NCBI GenBank assembly: GCA_018398765.1 | Contig: JAHBMJ010000058.1 | Coordinates: forward strand, 1 to 57,364 | Reading direction: 5' to 3' | Source of the DNA: Chromera velia | Lineage: Eukaryota | DNA: 57,364 nt | Shown: in pieces, positions 1 to 12,510 of the stretch | Layout of the letters: every line of letters starts with the position of its first letter | Position numbering within the stretch: the first letter of the stretch is position 1 | Notes under the pieces: model-generated | What the model saw: the letters and a program-made list of their open reading frames with translations, nothing else | Told to the model about the DNA's origin: nothing | Databases searched by the model: none | Made by a program: the position numbers and the translations under genes

Positions 1-1281
1 ATCATGCCCTTTCAATGGCTTCAAACAGAATGCATGCTTCACTGCAAATATTGATCAATGCACAGACGCACGCGCTCATCGATCTCGCGCCCATACTCCG
101 TGCGAGCAACCCGTCAATCAGATAAGTGCCCCGTCAGCCTCACGGCGGCGCCTCGTACAAGCCCTACATCTGCCCGCTCGCCAAGGCCGACGTCCACGCT
201 CGGCTCACATTTCCTTTCTTTTCTCTCACCGTCTCTCACCCTACATCTGCCCGCTCTCAAAACAAACGAACTAATAAAAATGGGAATCAAGTGACCATAT
301 GATACCAATCAATAGGCTTTGATCTGTACACACATCTGCAGTCGACCTCCGAAACGCAAGTGTTTGGCTCAGTACACCCTCTTACGCTATCTGCTGGAGC
401 CCCTGAGCGCTCAATTACTAGTCGACTGTTCAGGGTACATGCTGGCCTCCAGTCCTAAAGAACCGCAATGCCTCCCATCTCCAGCCTACAACACACTCAG
501 TATGCTGCACACGCTACCCTCTCTACACCTCTCTGTTTTGTCTTCTCCCCTCAGGCCCCCCGCTGCGCTAAGGCCGAATTTGCACATAGCCCGCTTATTG
601 ATGTGCAGCTCTGTGCTCCTTCAGACATACTTCGTTCGCGCTTCCGTTCTCTAAACGCTATCTGCTGCTACCCCTACTGCGAGGTGGTGATATTCTGCTC
701 GATGCTCTGCAGAACATGTCTAACCTGCTGGGTGAACTCTACAGGAATTTCCAAAACACTGCGACTACATACGCACAAATGTAGCCACAAACGGTGTGCG
801 CTTTTCTTTGAACAAGACCATCACAGAACTGGAGAATGTGATTAAACAGGATCAACACACTCTCAGTGACTCTCTCTCTGATCTATACTCTTCTCGTTTG
901 CTGTGTTAGTGTCATGGTCACTTATTCTGCACTGATGCTGGCTATTCTCCCCACTCAGCTCTTCATTCTCTTCTTGCATGTACTGTCCCACGTGTTCTTC
1001 TGTTCTCATTCAGTCTCTGCACAGAGGAGAGACTACATGCTCTCTGCACACACCTCTCAGTCACACTCAACCTTGAGCGGGACTCAATCAAACGACTCAG
1101 GGGAGTAGCACAATAACTATAACAAAACAGCGAGAGTTCCATAGACACTCCGTTCCTTTCCACTCCGTCTGTCAGACTCTCTGATTTAAGAACAGAACAG
1201 ACAGAGAGTGACAAGGATCGTGAAGAGACCTACGCCCCTCTCTTCAGGTGTACTTTCTCTTCTGTTTCTGTCATTTGTGCG
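1..1281 (-). mobile_element. Partial second copy of the non-autonomous LTR element (part of LTR 1-168 plus adjacent internal region 169-1281)
   Basis: Near-identical to 3803-5073. Homology stops abruptly at ~1281 where AT-rich unrelated sequence begins. Confidence 0.8.
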
Positions 1282-2210
1282 GCTTAGTATATGGTAGCCA
1301 AAAGTGAGAACAACGGTTAATCTTGGGATTAATCTTAGTAGTAGTATAAAGAAAAAAGTTGTCATTGTTTAATGGTGAAATTGGTGAATTAATTTCCATA
1401 TTTAGGTTGATTTAAAAATGAAAAAAGATTGATATTTATATTTTTTACCGTCACGTACTAACACCATGACTTACATCAATAGCTTTTACTTTTAATATTA
1501 TGGTTCTGAAAGTTTTTATCTGGTTCTAGATCTGGTTTTATCTCCGAGTAAAGTTTTGCAGGTATATGTTATCTAACGCATTCCGTGCGAATAGCCCGGA
1601 AAACGAAATTAATTTTCTTGCCTCTATAGCTGAAGTTTCAGTAAGTGCCCCCTCAGCTGACTTCTTTTTCCGGGGTTTTGGCGTACGTCAGATTCACTGG
1701 TCAACATCAGGCATCACGCGGTCTGAGGCGGCCTGGGGGGAGCAATCTTTGTTAATTCGCTGGATGCATCGTATTCTATGTGACGCAGTGACTGGATTTT
1801 TATTCAAAAGGACGACTGACTAACCACCGTATTCTTCAAGATAGTCTTGTCCATGCGTCTCTCCTTTTTCAAGATCCACTCTCCCGCGCTGTTCACTCGG
1901 AATATCTGAAGGCACCACTAAAGAGGCTTACCGGCCATCTCCGAATCCTCCATGTTGGGCTGGAGGTCCTCTCCATCGGGCTAGCTGGGGCTGTACCTTG
2001 ACTATCTCGTACCTTGTTGTATGAGAGGCCACTCCCGTTAAAGGCCGGATCCTCCCAAGGTTTTGGTCCCTGGGAAATCTCCTTTACGAAAGCCTTGCAT
2101 ACAGTGCTGTATGCACGCATGAAAACAATGTTAGAAACGAGTACAAATATGCATGTGAGGCTTCTGTGATAAACCAAAGCCAGACAACCCTGTAAGAGCG
2201 TACATATGTC

Positions 2211-2550
2211 CCCCAGAGGGTCTCTTCCACAAGATATACGCACGTCGGGCAGAAGCGTTCTAAAAGAGTTGCTTCTCTTTCATAATGCTACCTGCTATAC
2301 GTGAAAAGGGTGTTTCGACCACGTATCTTCCAGAGGGTCTCTTCTACAAGATACGGGGGTGACCGGAACAGACGTTCCAGAGGGTCTCCTCTATAACGCC
2401 GTCCGATCATAAGACAAGTAAACAGATAGATCTACATTCGTTTCCTAGAGGGTCTCTTCCACGATATACTATCGCCCGACAACATTCCAGAGGGTCTCTT
2501 CTACAATGCTGTCTGAATGGTTTAACACCTTCTCGAGGGTAGCTTCCACA
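2211..2550. repeat. Degenerate array of a ~20-bp motif (TTCCAGAGGGTCTCTTCYACAA) with variable spacers
   Basis: AGAGGGTCTC-type cores at 2215, 2332, 2379, 2447, 2489 and 2534, plus a decayed copy at ~2262. Confidence 0.75.
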
Positions 2551-3087
2551 GGGTGTGCCGTTCTAAGCCCAGTGAGGGAATGTCTGGATCAGTCGTCAAA
2601 AAAAGACATCACATACAGGCCGTGCACTCTCACTAACTTGGTTGTCAATGACAGTTAACGCCTGCATAGACCTTGTACTCAAGCGCCTGGATCTGCCTGC
2701 CTCTCTTGATGTACGCGGCTTTGTAGTTGGTGGTGATCGTGTAGGCATATGTGTGCTACCGCCCCTCCCTCTCTGACTTTGTCGTTCACTTCTATTCACT
2801 TCGGGAAGCATACATTTTACATCCTTTTGCATGGTTTTTAATCATCCCGTAGAGCGTTGTATGGTTTTTAATCATTGGGAGAAAACCCTCAATCTGCCAC
2901 TTCCTCTATCTTCAAACCTTCTTGTCCCTTCAAATGTAGCAGCCGCTGCCTTGTCTGCTTGTTGTAACGTACAGTTTGATGTGTATACGTCCTAGCTTAA
3001 TTATTTTCAGCAGGCCTGCATGCATGTATAATCAATCGAATGGATTCAACGAATATATGCATGCCACATGCACTTTGAGGACGTGTA

Positions 3088-3656
3088 TGTGATGCAAGCA
3101 AGCTTGCGAACGGCCCCGGAAAGCAAGAAAAATGAGAACTTCACGATTAACACACGCAGGCCAACCAATCGGGCGGTCGCACCGANNNNNNATAGAAAAA
3201 GCCGTAGAACCCCCCCTCCCCCAGGAAAAAAGCCTGGGGATGCAGCTTGTCACTTTCCGGGGCCACTGACGTACACATGCATGACGACGTGGGTTCATGC
3301 ACGCTCGCTTTTCTGGACCATTTGGGGTGGGATCTTTCGGGGGCCCTTTTTTGGCGAAAGACACCTGACGCACACATGTACATTTAGCACATATTCAGCC
3401 TTTCGGGGCCGGGTTTTTGTCGAAAGACAGCCTGCATGCATGCATGCACGTGGGCTGGGGTATTTCTGTTTTCTAAGTGCCCCCCGCTTCACTTTTCGGG
3501 GCCACCTGACGCACGCATAGCATAAATTCAGCCTTTCGGGGCCGGGTTTTTACCGAAAGACAGCGTGCGTACACGCATGCATCTGACGTAAGCAAGCTTG
3601 CAAACGGCCCCAGAAAGCAAAAAAAATGAGAACTTCACGATTGACGCATGCTGGCC
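3088..3656. repeat. Palindrome-rich composite satellite, block 1
   Basis: Recurring GCTTTCCGGGGCC/GGCCCCGGAAAGC, TTCAGCCTTTCGGGGCCGGGTTTTT..CGAAAGACAG and GGGCTGGGGTATTTCTGTTTTCTAAGTGCCCCCCGC subunits, shared with 6753-7445 and 8661-9030. Confidence 0.8.
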
Positions 3657-6600
3657 TGTCAGAGGTGCACGTGGGGCTCTAGATATGAAATAAGATCCCT
3701 AGCAGTGTGGTGGCTCTGACTGAAGCATAAATCTTCAGATAGTCTTGAGGGAGTCCTATATTGTAAGGTCTGACAATCAATAGTCATACTGCTAAGTCTA
3801 TTATCATGCCCTTTCAATGGCTTCAAACAGAATGCATGCTTCACTGCAAATATTGATCAATGCACAGACGCAGATCTCGCGCCCATACTCCGTGCGAGCA
3901 ACCCGTCAATCAGATAAGTGCCCCGTCAGCCTCACGGCGGCGCCTCGTACAGGCCCTACATCTGCCCGCTCGCCAAGGCCGACGTCCACGCTCGGCTCAC
4001 ATTTCCTTTCTTTTCTCTCACCGTTTCTTACCCTACATCTGCCCACTCTCAAAACAAACGAACTAATAAAAATGAGAATCAAATGACCATATGATACCAA
4101 TCAATAGGCTTTGATCTGCACACATATCTGCAGTCGACCTCCAAAACGCAAGTGTTTGGCTCAGTACACCCTCTTACGCCATCTGCTGGAGCCCCTGAGC
4201 GCTCAATTACCAGTCGACTGTTCAGGGTACACGCTGGCCTCCAGTCCTAAAGAACCGCAATGCCTCCCATCTCCAGCCTACAACACACTCAGTATGCTGC
4301 ACACGCTACCCTCTCTACACCTCTCTGTTTTGTCTTCTCCCCTCAGGCCCCCCGCTGCGCTAAGGCCGAATTTGCACATAGCCTGCTTATTGATGTGCAG
4401 CTCCGTGCTCCTTCAGACACACTTCGTTCGTGCTTCCGTTCTCTAAACGCTATCTGCTGCTACCCCTACTGCGAGGTGGTGATATTCTGCTCAATGCTCT
4501 GCAGAACATGTCTAACCTGCTGGGTGAACTCTACAGGAATTTCCAAAACACTGCGACTACATACGCACAAATGTAGCCGCAAACGGTGTGCGCTTTTTTT
4601 TAAACAAGACCATCACAGAACCGGAGAATGTGATTAAACAGGATCAACACACTCTCAGTGACTCTCTCTCTGATCTACACTCTTCTCGTTTGCTGCGTTA
4701 GTGTTATGGTCACTTATTCTGCACTGATGCTGGCTATTCTCCCCACTCAGCTCTTCATTCTCTTCTTGCATGTACTGTCCCGCGTGTTCTTCTGTTCTCA
4801 TTCAGTCTCTGCACAGAGGAGAGACTACATGCTCTCTGCACACACCTCTCAGTCACACTCAACCTTGAGCGGGACTCAATCAAACGACTCAGGGGAGTAG
4901 CACAACAACCATAACAAAATAGCGAGAGTTCCATAGACACTCCGTTCCTTTCTACTCCGTCTGTCAGACTCTCTGATTTAAGAACAGAACAGACACAGAG
5001 TGACAAAGATCGTGAAGAGACCTACGCCCCTCTCTTCAAGTGTACTTTCTCTTCTGTTTCTATCATCTGTGCGTCTCTTTTGGAACTCATTTACTTTCTT
5101 ACGTTTCCTTTCACTCTCCTACCCAACACCCAGACAGACAGACAGACACACAGAGGGAAAGTGAAGATAATAGGCAGAGACAGCCAGAGAAACAAAGCAT
5201 TCGCATGATCCCTAACGTGCACCCAGGCGACAGCTCTCGACTTCTTCTCTCTTCCCCCCTTGGCCTAAACAGGACAGAACACTCTGGGAAAGTGGAAAAT
5301 TCATATAACCCCCAATGCAATACGAAGATGGACGGAAAGAATGGAATCAGAGTGTAAAGGGGAAAGCAAAGACGAATCGAGACCTATCATCACCATCCTC
5401 ATCCCCACATTCATTTCCCTATAAGAATTGCTTCTCTGCTTCTCCAATGATTGCTCCTTCTTCCTTTTTTCCTGTGTTCTTCTCGTATGGCAATCTCCTC
5501 TCTCACCTCCAATCTTCACTTCATTCTTTTCTTTTCTTCTTTTCTCTCCCTTTATCTTAACCACCTGAATCCCGATGATATCTTCCTATCTAGAGAAACA
5601 AGACAGTCAGGATGCAGAGAGACACTGCGAGAGAATGAACCACCCAAAGCCACAACCACCTCAACACACAGTCTCCTTCCTTCTCACACCCCATCCTTCA
5701 TCCTCCCAAAACAAATTTCCCACAACCCAGTCCCCACAAATTCACTGACTTGTGAGTATGTCGCCGTGCCCCCATGGCACTACTGTTTATTTAGAAGGCG
5801 ACATAAAGTTTCTGAAACACAGCCAGCGAACCTACTTCCTCTTGTTGCTCTTTCTTCTTCCTTACAAGCCTCACCTCCAATACCGAAACAGCCACCCCGG
5901 ACACACTCCGAGCTCTCTGTAAAATCCAGTAATCCTCTGTGTTCCTCCTCCCTCTGCACAGTGCAGTAGGCTCCCTTATAGAAGGTTCCGCTGTGCGCAC
6001 CAGCGTCCCCCTCCACTCAGAGATCACTGCACCTGCAGTTATTACATTCACATACAGAGAGTTCCCTCACACAAACCTCCTTAAATTAAAACAAACACAC
6101 AGAGAACGACAAAGAACTCAAACCTCCTTCACTGAATCTCTTTGTGCAAAGCTCCTCCATAGCTGGGGCGCTTCTTGATGGGCATGGCACCTTGTGCTTC
6201 ATTGCAGCAAACCAGAGATGACAATCAGTCCATAAGAATGATAATCTCCCTCACACTCCCTCCTCCAAATTTCTTCTTCTTCCAGTTTTCTCCTTAGACA
6301 AATCCATGATTCTACTGCCCTTCAGCACTTCAGACAATCGAAAGTGATACTGACTTTATCACTGTCGGACTCCTACTTACTGATCAGATTACCAACCATC
6401 ACTGCTGCCCCGTGTTGCCAGAAGCTCTGCTAACCAACTGTCAGAGGTGCACGTGGGGCTCTAGATATGAAATAAGAACCCTAGCAGTGTGGTGGCTCTA
6501 ACTGGAGCATAAATCTTCAGATGGTCTTGAGGGAGTCCTATATCGTAAGGTCTGACAATCAATGGTCATACTGCTAAGTCCGTCATCATGCCCTTTCAAT

Positions 6601-6752
6601 GGCTTCAGACAGAACGCATGCTTCACTGCAAATATCGATCAATGCACAGACGCACGCGCTCATTGATCTCGCGCCTATACTCCGTGCGAGCAACCTGTCA
6701 ATCAGATAAGTGCCCCGCCAGCCTCACGGCGGCGCCTCGTACAGGCCCTACA
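3657..6752 (-). mobile_element. Complete non-autonomous LTR retrotransposon (TRIM/LARD-like, ~3.1 kb)
   Basis: Direct repeats 3657-3960 and 6439-6752 (304/314 bp, 10-bp indel) with TGT...ACA ends. 6-bp flanks CTGGCC (3651-3656) and CCGGCC (6753-6758). Minus-strand PBS-like TGGTTAGCAGAGC follows the 5' LTR; purine-rich tract precedes the 3' LTR. No recognisable gag/pol ORF. Confidence 0.8.
6424..6436 (-). promoter_or_regulatory. Putative primer-binding site (tRNA-iMet-like)
   Basis: TGGTTAGCAGAGC lies 2 nt after the LTR end TGACA; it resembles the canonical TGGTAGCAGAG/TGGTATCAGAGC with one extra T. Confidence 0.6.
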
Positions 6753-7445
6753 CCGGCCAGCCGATCGAGGCGTCGCGCCGACCCCCCCCCCCCCCNNNNN
6801 NNNNNNNNNNNNNNNNNCGTGGGAAAAGCCGTAGAATCCCCCTTCCCTCAGGAAAAAAGCTCAGGGATGCAGCCTATCGCTTTCCAGGGCCACTGACGCA
6901 CGCATGCATGACGACGCAGGTTCATGCACGCTTTTTTTGACCATTTGGGGTGGGATCTTTCCGGAGCCTTTTTTTGGTGAAAGACACCGTGCATGCATAT
7001 AGGTTGGGGCATTTTTATTTTGTAAGTGCCCCCCGCTTCGCTTTCCGAAGCTACCTAATGCACGCATATTTGGTACAGATTCAGCCTTTCGGGGCTGGGT
7101 TTTTGCCGAAAGACAGCGTGCATCTGACGTAAGCAAGCTTGTGAACGGCCCCGGAAAGCAAGAAAAATGATAACTGCATGATTGATGCACGCCAACCAGT
7201 CGACCACCCCCCCCCCCCGGGGGTAAGCACCCCATCTAACGCACACATGGCGTAAATTCAGCCTTTCGGGGCCGGGTTTTTACTGAAAGACAGCGTGCGT
7301 GCATGCACATGGGCTGGGGTATTTCTATTTTTTAAGTGCTCCCCGCTTCGCTTTCCGGGGTTATGCATGCACGTGGGTTGGGGTATTTCTGTTTTCTAAG
7401 TGCCCCCCGCTTCGCTTTCCGGGGCTACGTGGGCTGGGGTATTTC
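6753..7445. repeat. Palindrome-rich composite satellite, block 2 (contains gap 6796-6817)
   Basis: Same subunits as 3088-3656; resumes the unit interrupted at 3656. Confidence 0.8.
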
Positions 7446-8660
7446 GATGAGTGAGGGTTTTTTCATGCATGCCGCGTTCCCATATATGAGAGGCGGATCT
7501 AACCTAGTTTGTCGATTTGTTCTATCCTACGACTACCAGCGACGAAAATAGGCGTGACTTCGATCACCCTGATACAGCTGATCAATCGCAGCCTCACAAC
7601 AGGTTGGACAATCAAAAGAAAGAGAAAAGAGACAGAGGGGATGCAGGGCAGAACCTTCGAAACATTTCAGTTCTTTCATTGAAAAAAGGCTACCCTTTTA
7701 ATCAGAAAGACTTTAATTGTGCAGAGGTACATCCCACACGTCTCCCATCCCTTCAAAGAACTCCTGCTTTAAACACCCCATCAAAACTCTTTCTTTAAAC
7801 TCGGTTCCCAAAACTTTTCCAATTCATTTGCTTGCACTTTTGCCCATCCCTCTTCTATCTTCTCACATTGCCAAAGAAATTCTTTCAGTTTGCGCCCTCC
7901 CGGTCAAAAGACCCAGAGAACACGGCCACTTCCCTCCCGAGCAGACCCTCAGGCTGGAAGGGGCCCCTTGTGCCCCTCCTGCTGTGGATGGAGGAAAGAA
8001 GGTTTGCTGTGACAAAACGCTGCAGAGTGCAGGACAAGAGCTTGTAGTAGCGGTCCATCAACCTTGCTTAGACTGTTTCGTCTCCCTCCCTACCCCTCAC
8101 CTTCCCTGCCCCCAACTTTGTTACTTCCTTCAAAAACTTTATTACTCCCTCCCCTGGTCTTCCATAAGTTTCAAAAACAAGCGGCACAAAACGGAAACCG
8201 ATTTTGTGGCAGATCTTCCCATACCTGTCGTTCTTCACTTTCTCCATTCCCCTCGCTGCTGACCCTGCTGTTTTTGTAAATCGGCGCAGGCGGTTAGCAT
8301 CGATAGAAAATGGATAGGTACCTGACAGCAATGTCGGCGAGCACTGTATCTCCAAACGGGAGCCCCACAAGAAAATCGGGGTGTTTCTGTCTCTCTTCAA
8401 CCAGACGGGTTGCGGTAGACAGCCCAAGCTGCCCGAACGTAGGCTCTCTTGTCACGTAGCAGTGACGGAGGCCTTGAAGGAGGGAGTAAAAGGTGTCCTT
8501 CATTTGTTTATGCTGCCACCATACCCCCCCCCCTGTCTCACAGGTCTGTGCATGTTGTCCCTCCATGTCTAGCGCTAGGTCTAGCGGGGCTCCACACGTA
8601 CAGATAGGGTTTCTTCTGATCTCTGGAATGGACAAGCCGAGGCGGAAACGGATAACTGTG
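7446..8660 (-). mobile_element. 5'-truncated CRE-like non-LTR retrotransposon (zinc knuckle + restriction-like endonuclease + 3' UTR), decayed
   Basis: Minus-strand peptides RFRLGL..CTCG..HAQTC..GG..QH, EP, HPD, ADIAV, then after a frameshift RYGKIC..GFRFVPLVFETYG and YKLLSCTLQR. Flanked by 32-bp direct repeats 7414-7445 and 8661-8692 (1 mismatch). Confidence 0.8.
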
Positions 8661-9030
8661 GCTTTCCGGGGCCACGTGGGCTGGGGTATTTCTGTTGGCC
8701 CGGAAAGCGAAGCTGAGAGGGCACTTAACAAAAAATATACCCCCCAGACCACATGGATGGCTGCGTCCGACGTTTATAGAAAGATCTGACGTACGCCAAG
8801 CTTGGCCCCGGAAAGACAATTCAGCTGAGGAGACACTTTCCAAATTTAAAACAGGGGCAACAAAAATAAATTTCGCTTTCCAGGCCATTCGGACGGAGTG
8901 CGTCAGATTTCTAAGTGCTCCCCGCTTCGCTTTCCGGGGCCACAGCGTGCATGCATGCACGTGGGCTGGGCTAGGGGCTGGGGTATTTCTGTTTTCTAAG
9001 TGCCCCCCGCTTCGCTTTCCGGGGCCATGC
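8661..9030. repeat. Palindrome-rich composite satellite, block 3
   Basis: Same GCTTTCCGGGGCC and TTCTAAGTGCCCCCCGCTTCG subunits. Confidence 0.75.
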
Positions 9031-9324
9031 ATGCGCCCGCGCGAGGGCCACGCGCGGGCCGGGGCCGCGCGGGGGCATCAGGCGAGTCGCGGTTGTTCGA
9101 GGGCCGGCCCGGCGGTGGAGCACACCGTCTCCGAGTGTGCGGATAGTGCAAAACATCCACTGAGTGACCTGACTGTCAAGCTTCTTGCCGTCCTGGGGGG
9201 CACTTTGGAATTTACCTTGTTATATTGTGCTAAGGATGCCTCACCAAAATCGATTAGATCTCTCACTTGCTGATCAGTCCCTCCGAAAAGCAATCACTTT
9301 GCATGCCGTCTCCTCTGTGAGCAC

Positions 9325-10914
9325 ATGCCGTCTCCTCTCCAAAAGCTGTCCGCCAGAGCTTCTCGCAGATTTCTAGACGGGCGCATTGCGTAGACGGCAT
9401 CGCTCTCAAAATTTGAAAGAAGTTACAACCACCCTGTCATTACCTTTCCAGAGTGGTCTGCGTGAAGAGGACCGCTCAGCATCCGTCTCTATTCATCGGG
9501 ACTCTCGCTTCAGTCACAGGACTTCTCTGACTCAGCCTCACTTCCCTGCATCCTCCCCCGGCCTTGTGATGAGGATCCCCAAGTTTCTTCTGCAGACTGC
9601 GCAGAGTGCTCTCTCGAGAAGCAAGCTGAGCCAAGACTGCGTCGCCCTCCTGAAAGTACAGGAACTCGTGGACAGGGCAGGAAACTACCTTGCCACTACC
9701 TCCATAGCAAAGAGGCTCACGTCCAAATTTGACCTGAACATCAAGAAGGTCAATTCATTCATCAACGATGAGAGAAATCGCATTAAGAAAAACTTCATTC
9801 TTTTGCACATCCTTTGTTCCTTACTTTTCTCAGAGGCATAGTTTGTCGTCCTTTTCCCTCCCAGACAGAAGTGTTTTCTCCCTTGTTCTGCTCTCTCCTT
9901 CTTTGCTGCTGTGCCCCTCTTTCATCCTTTCTTCGTGATTGTGCTGTGCTTTTCATACACATAAGTCCACAGTCGATGTCTTGCTGCGGAGTGAATATTT
10001 ATTATCTGCGTGACCTGTTGAATCCCTTCAGTTTGAGAACTTCTCCGTGGAGATCCAGACTCCGAAAACGGGAACTGTGCTCCTCTCTGGGGATGACTTT
10101 GCCCTGAAAGATCCCGAGGCGGGGAGGTACCTCCTGGTCAGAATTTCAGGAACGAGACGACAGAGAGACGGAGAAGGAGAGGAAGAGAGGAAGAGGGAGG
10201 GGGACACGGAGAGGGAAACAAAGAAGTCTCCCACCTCATCTGGCCTCGCGAAAGAAAGCAGAGCTACTGATTGCATTTATGTGCGTCTATGTGTGTTTGT
10301 GGTGGCTGTTGGCCTTGGCTCGTGCAACTCAAGCGTCATCCATGTGTCTTTGTTGTTTCTCCTCGATCTGTTTTGTGAATCATCTGCGTCTGTCTGCTCT
10401 GCAGTGGTTCCATGGGGGGGCCTTCGCAATTTGTTCTGCGACGGTCAGCTAGTTGGCCTGGCACTTTGTCAACAGTATTCCTTGGATTTGTCACGACTGG
10501 CAGCTTTGAATGAAGACTCAATTTTGTATCTGTCTGCCTTGGCCTGTTCGATTTACCTACATGTCACAGCATCTCTTCCGTCCTCTAGCTTCTGCTTTCT
10601 CCCGTGACTGAATTCTCCTTCGACGATTTTAACGCGCTCGTGTGTGTGTCCCCCGGCCCTGATGCATGCAGACGTACCGGCCCTGGATGGCCCGGCTGGG
10701 CCTGAATGCCGAGGCCTCGGTGTTCTGTGTGGACTACAGGAGGGCGCCTGTGCACGTATGGCCTCGGGCTCTGAATGACTGTGTGAAGACGTATCGGTCA
10801 GCATGAAAGGGGGCGCTGTCGACGGCTGTGTGAAGCGGAGGATGCTGCATGAGTCAGGCTTTCAGTCAGTTTTCCACCGACTTCACTCGTAACTGGTCAA
10901 GGTGTGCTTCTGTA

Positions 10915-10979
<65 letters not shown>

Positions 10980-10986
10980 GTGCGTG

Positions 10987-11019
<33 letters not shown>

Positions 11020-11306
11020 CTGTGTGTCTGTGTGTCTGTGTGTCTGTGTGTCTGTGTGTCTGTGTGTTCTTCTGCATGCCTGCATTCAGGTGGATGCTGG
11101 AGGATCTCCGGATTCCGGCAGAGAGGATCGTCGTGGGGGGTCGGTCGTGGTACTCGTGGGTTGCTGGGGGAAGCGCACGGCCTGAAAAAATCAAATTTTC
11201 AAATATTTACCATCTTTTGTGCTGACACTTCCTCGTGTAGAACAGGGAAGGGATAGAATGGATTTAAAGCGCTTTCGGGAGGAGCAAACTCGACACTCGC
11301 TCGCAC

Positions 11307-11341
<35 letters not shown>

Positions 11342-11412
11342 TACAGAGAGACAGAGAGACAGAGAGACAGAGAGACAGAGAGAGAGGACAGAGAGAGACA
11401 GAGAGAGACAGA

Positions 11413-11486
<74 letters not shown>

Positions 11487-12471
11487 AACATACCGACACA
11501 CGCCGACACGCGCGCGCACGCACACACACAGACACATACACACACACACACGCACGCACGCACCGACGGACGGACACAGACACGGGCACGGACACACGTA
11601 GAAGGGTGTACGTGGGGATGAAAACCAACTCAATATTGTACAATTCTCTCTGTGTCACCTCTGTCCAGGATGACGAGACGGAGGGAAGTCTCTCCTTTGG
11701 CTGATCTGCAGGAGACAGTGCCGGAGGGAACCTGGCGGTTACCTCTCTGATGAAGGCGACCAAGCAAATGGGCCTCCCCTCTCCTGGTCGGGTCTCTTTT
11801 TTGTTTTTATTCTAGAGGCTCTCTCGATGGTGTTTCAACTGACATGACATGATTCGTCTCAAACCTGGAGATTTCATTTGCTGTCTTTGGTTAAGCTCTC
11901 CCTCTCTGCGAGCTCGTCAAAGTGTCTGTCCACAACCTCATGTCCCCCCTTCTGCATGCAGCCGCGATGGTCCTCGTTTCTCCCTGGCTGGACTTGACCT
12001 CCAGTGGTCCCTCATACGAAGTCAGTCGGTGGTCGGCCTTTTCTCGAAAAGGGAGGCTGATTTGATACACAAAAAGGAGACGAGCAAGTCAAATGGACAG
12101 GGAGAGCGTTTACCGATGGGGCACTTCTCTATGCAGACAGCTTTCTTTGAGTGTGCAGGGTGGAGATGATCTTTCTATGTACGTCTCCATGTATCGATGG
12201 GTTGCTCAAGATTCCTTCTTCATTTCTGTCTGCAAGCTGAGAGCGCTGCGTGGGCTGTCTTATTTTTTTGCGGTATTCCCTCCCATTGCATCCCCTCATT
12301 GACTCCCTCGCGCTCTCTTTCATGTACACTCAGGCCTCCCTTACGCTTCTTCCTTCCTTCCCTCCTTCCTTCCCTCCTGTTGTGCGCAGTTCAACAAAGA
12401 GGCCGAGCTTGTTCTACCCCCTGAAGCCATTCCGGGGATGGTCTCCATGTATATCCGAGGTCTGTGTGTGC

Positions 12472-12510
<39 letters not shown>

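Noticed and set aside
2211..2550. CRISPR array
   Set aside because: Eukaryotic context, no cas genes, degenerate repeats and irregular spacer lengths.
1..6752. A 2.8-kb tandem gene array (snRNA/SL RNA/5S) and the duplicated short ORFs
   Set aside because: No RNA-gene signature recognised; better explained as LTRs plus a second element copy.
10849..11763. ORFs rich in CV/HT/RE dipeptides (also ~20240, 20840-21390, 36420-36820, 45890-46220, 48365, 49118)
   Set aside because: Translations of intronic microsatellites, not proteins.
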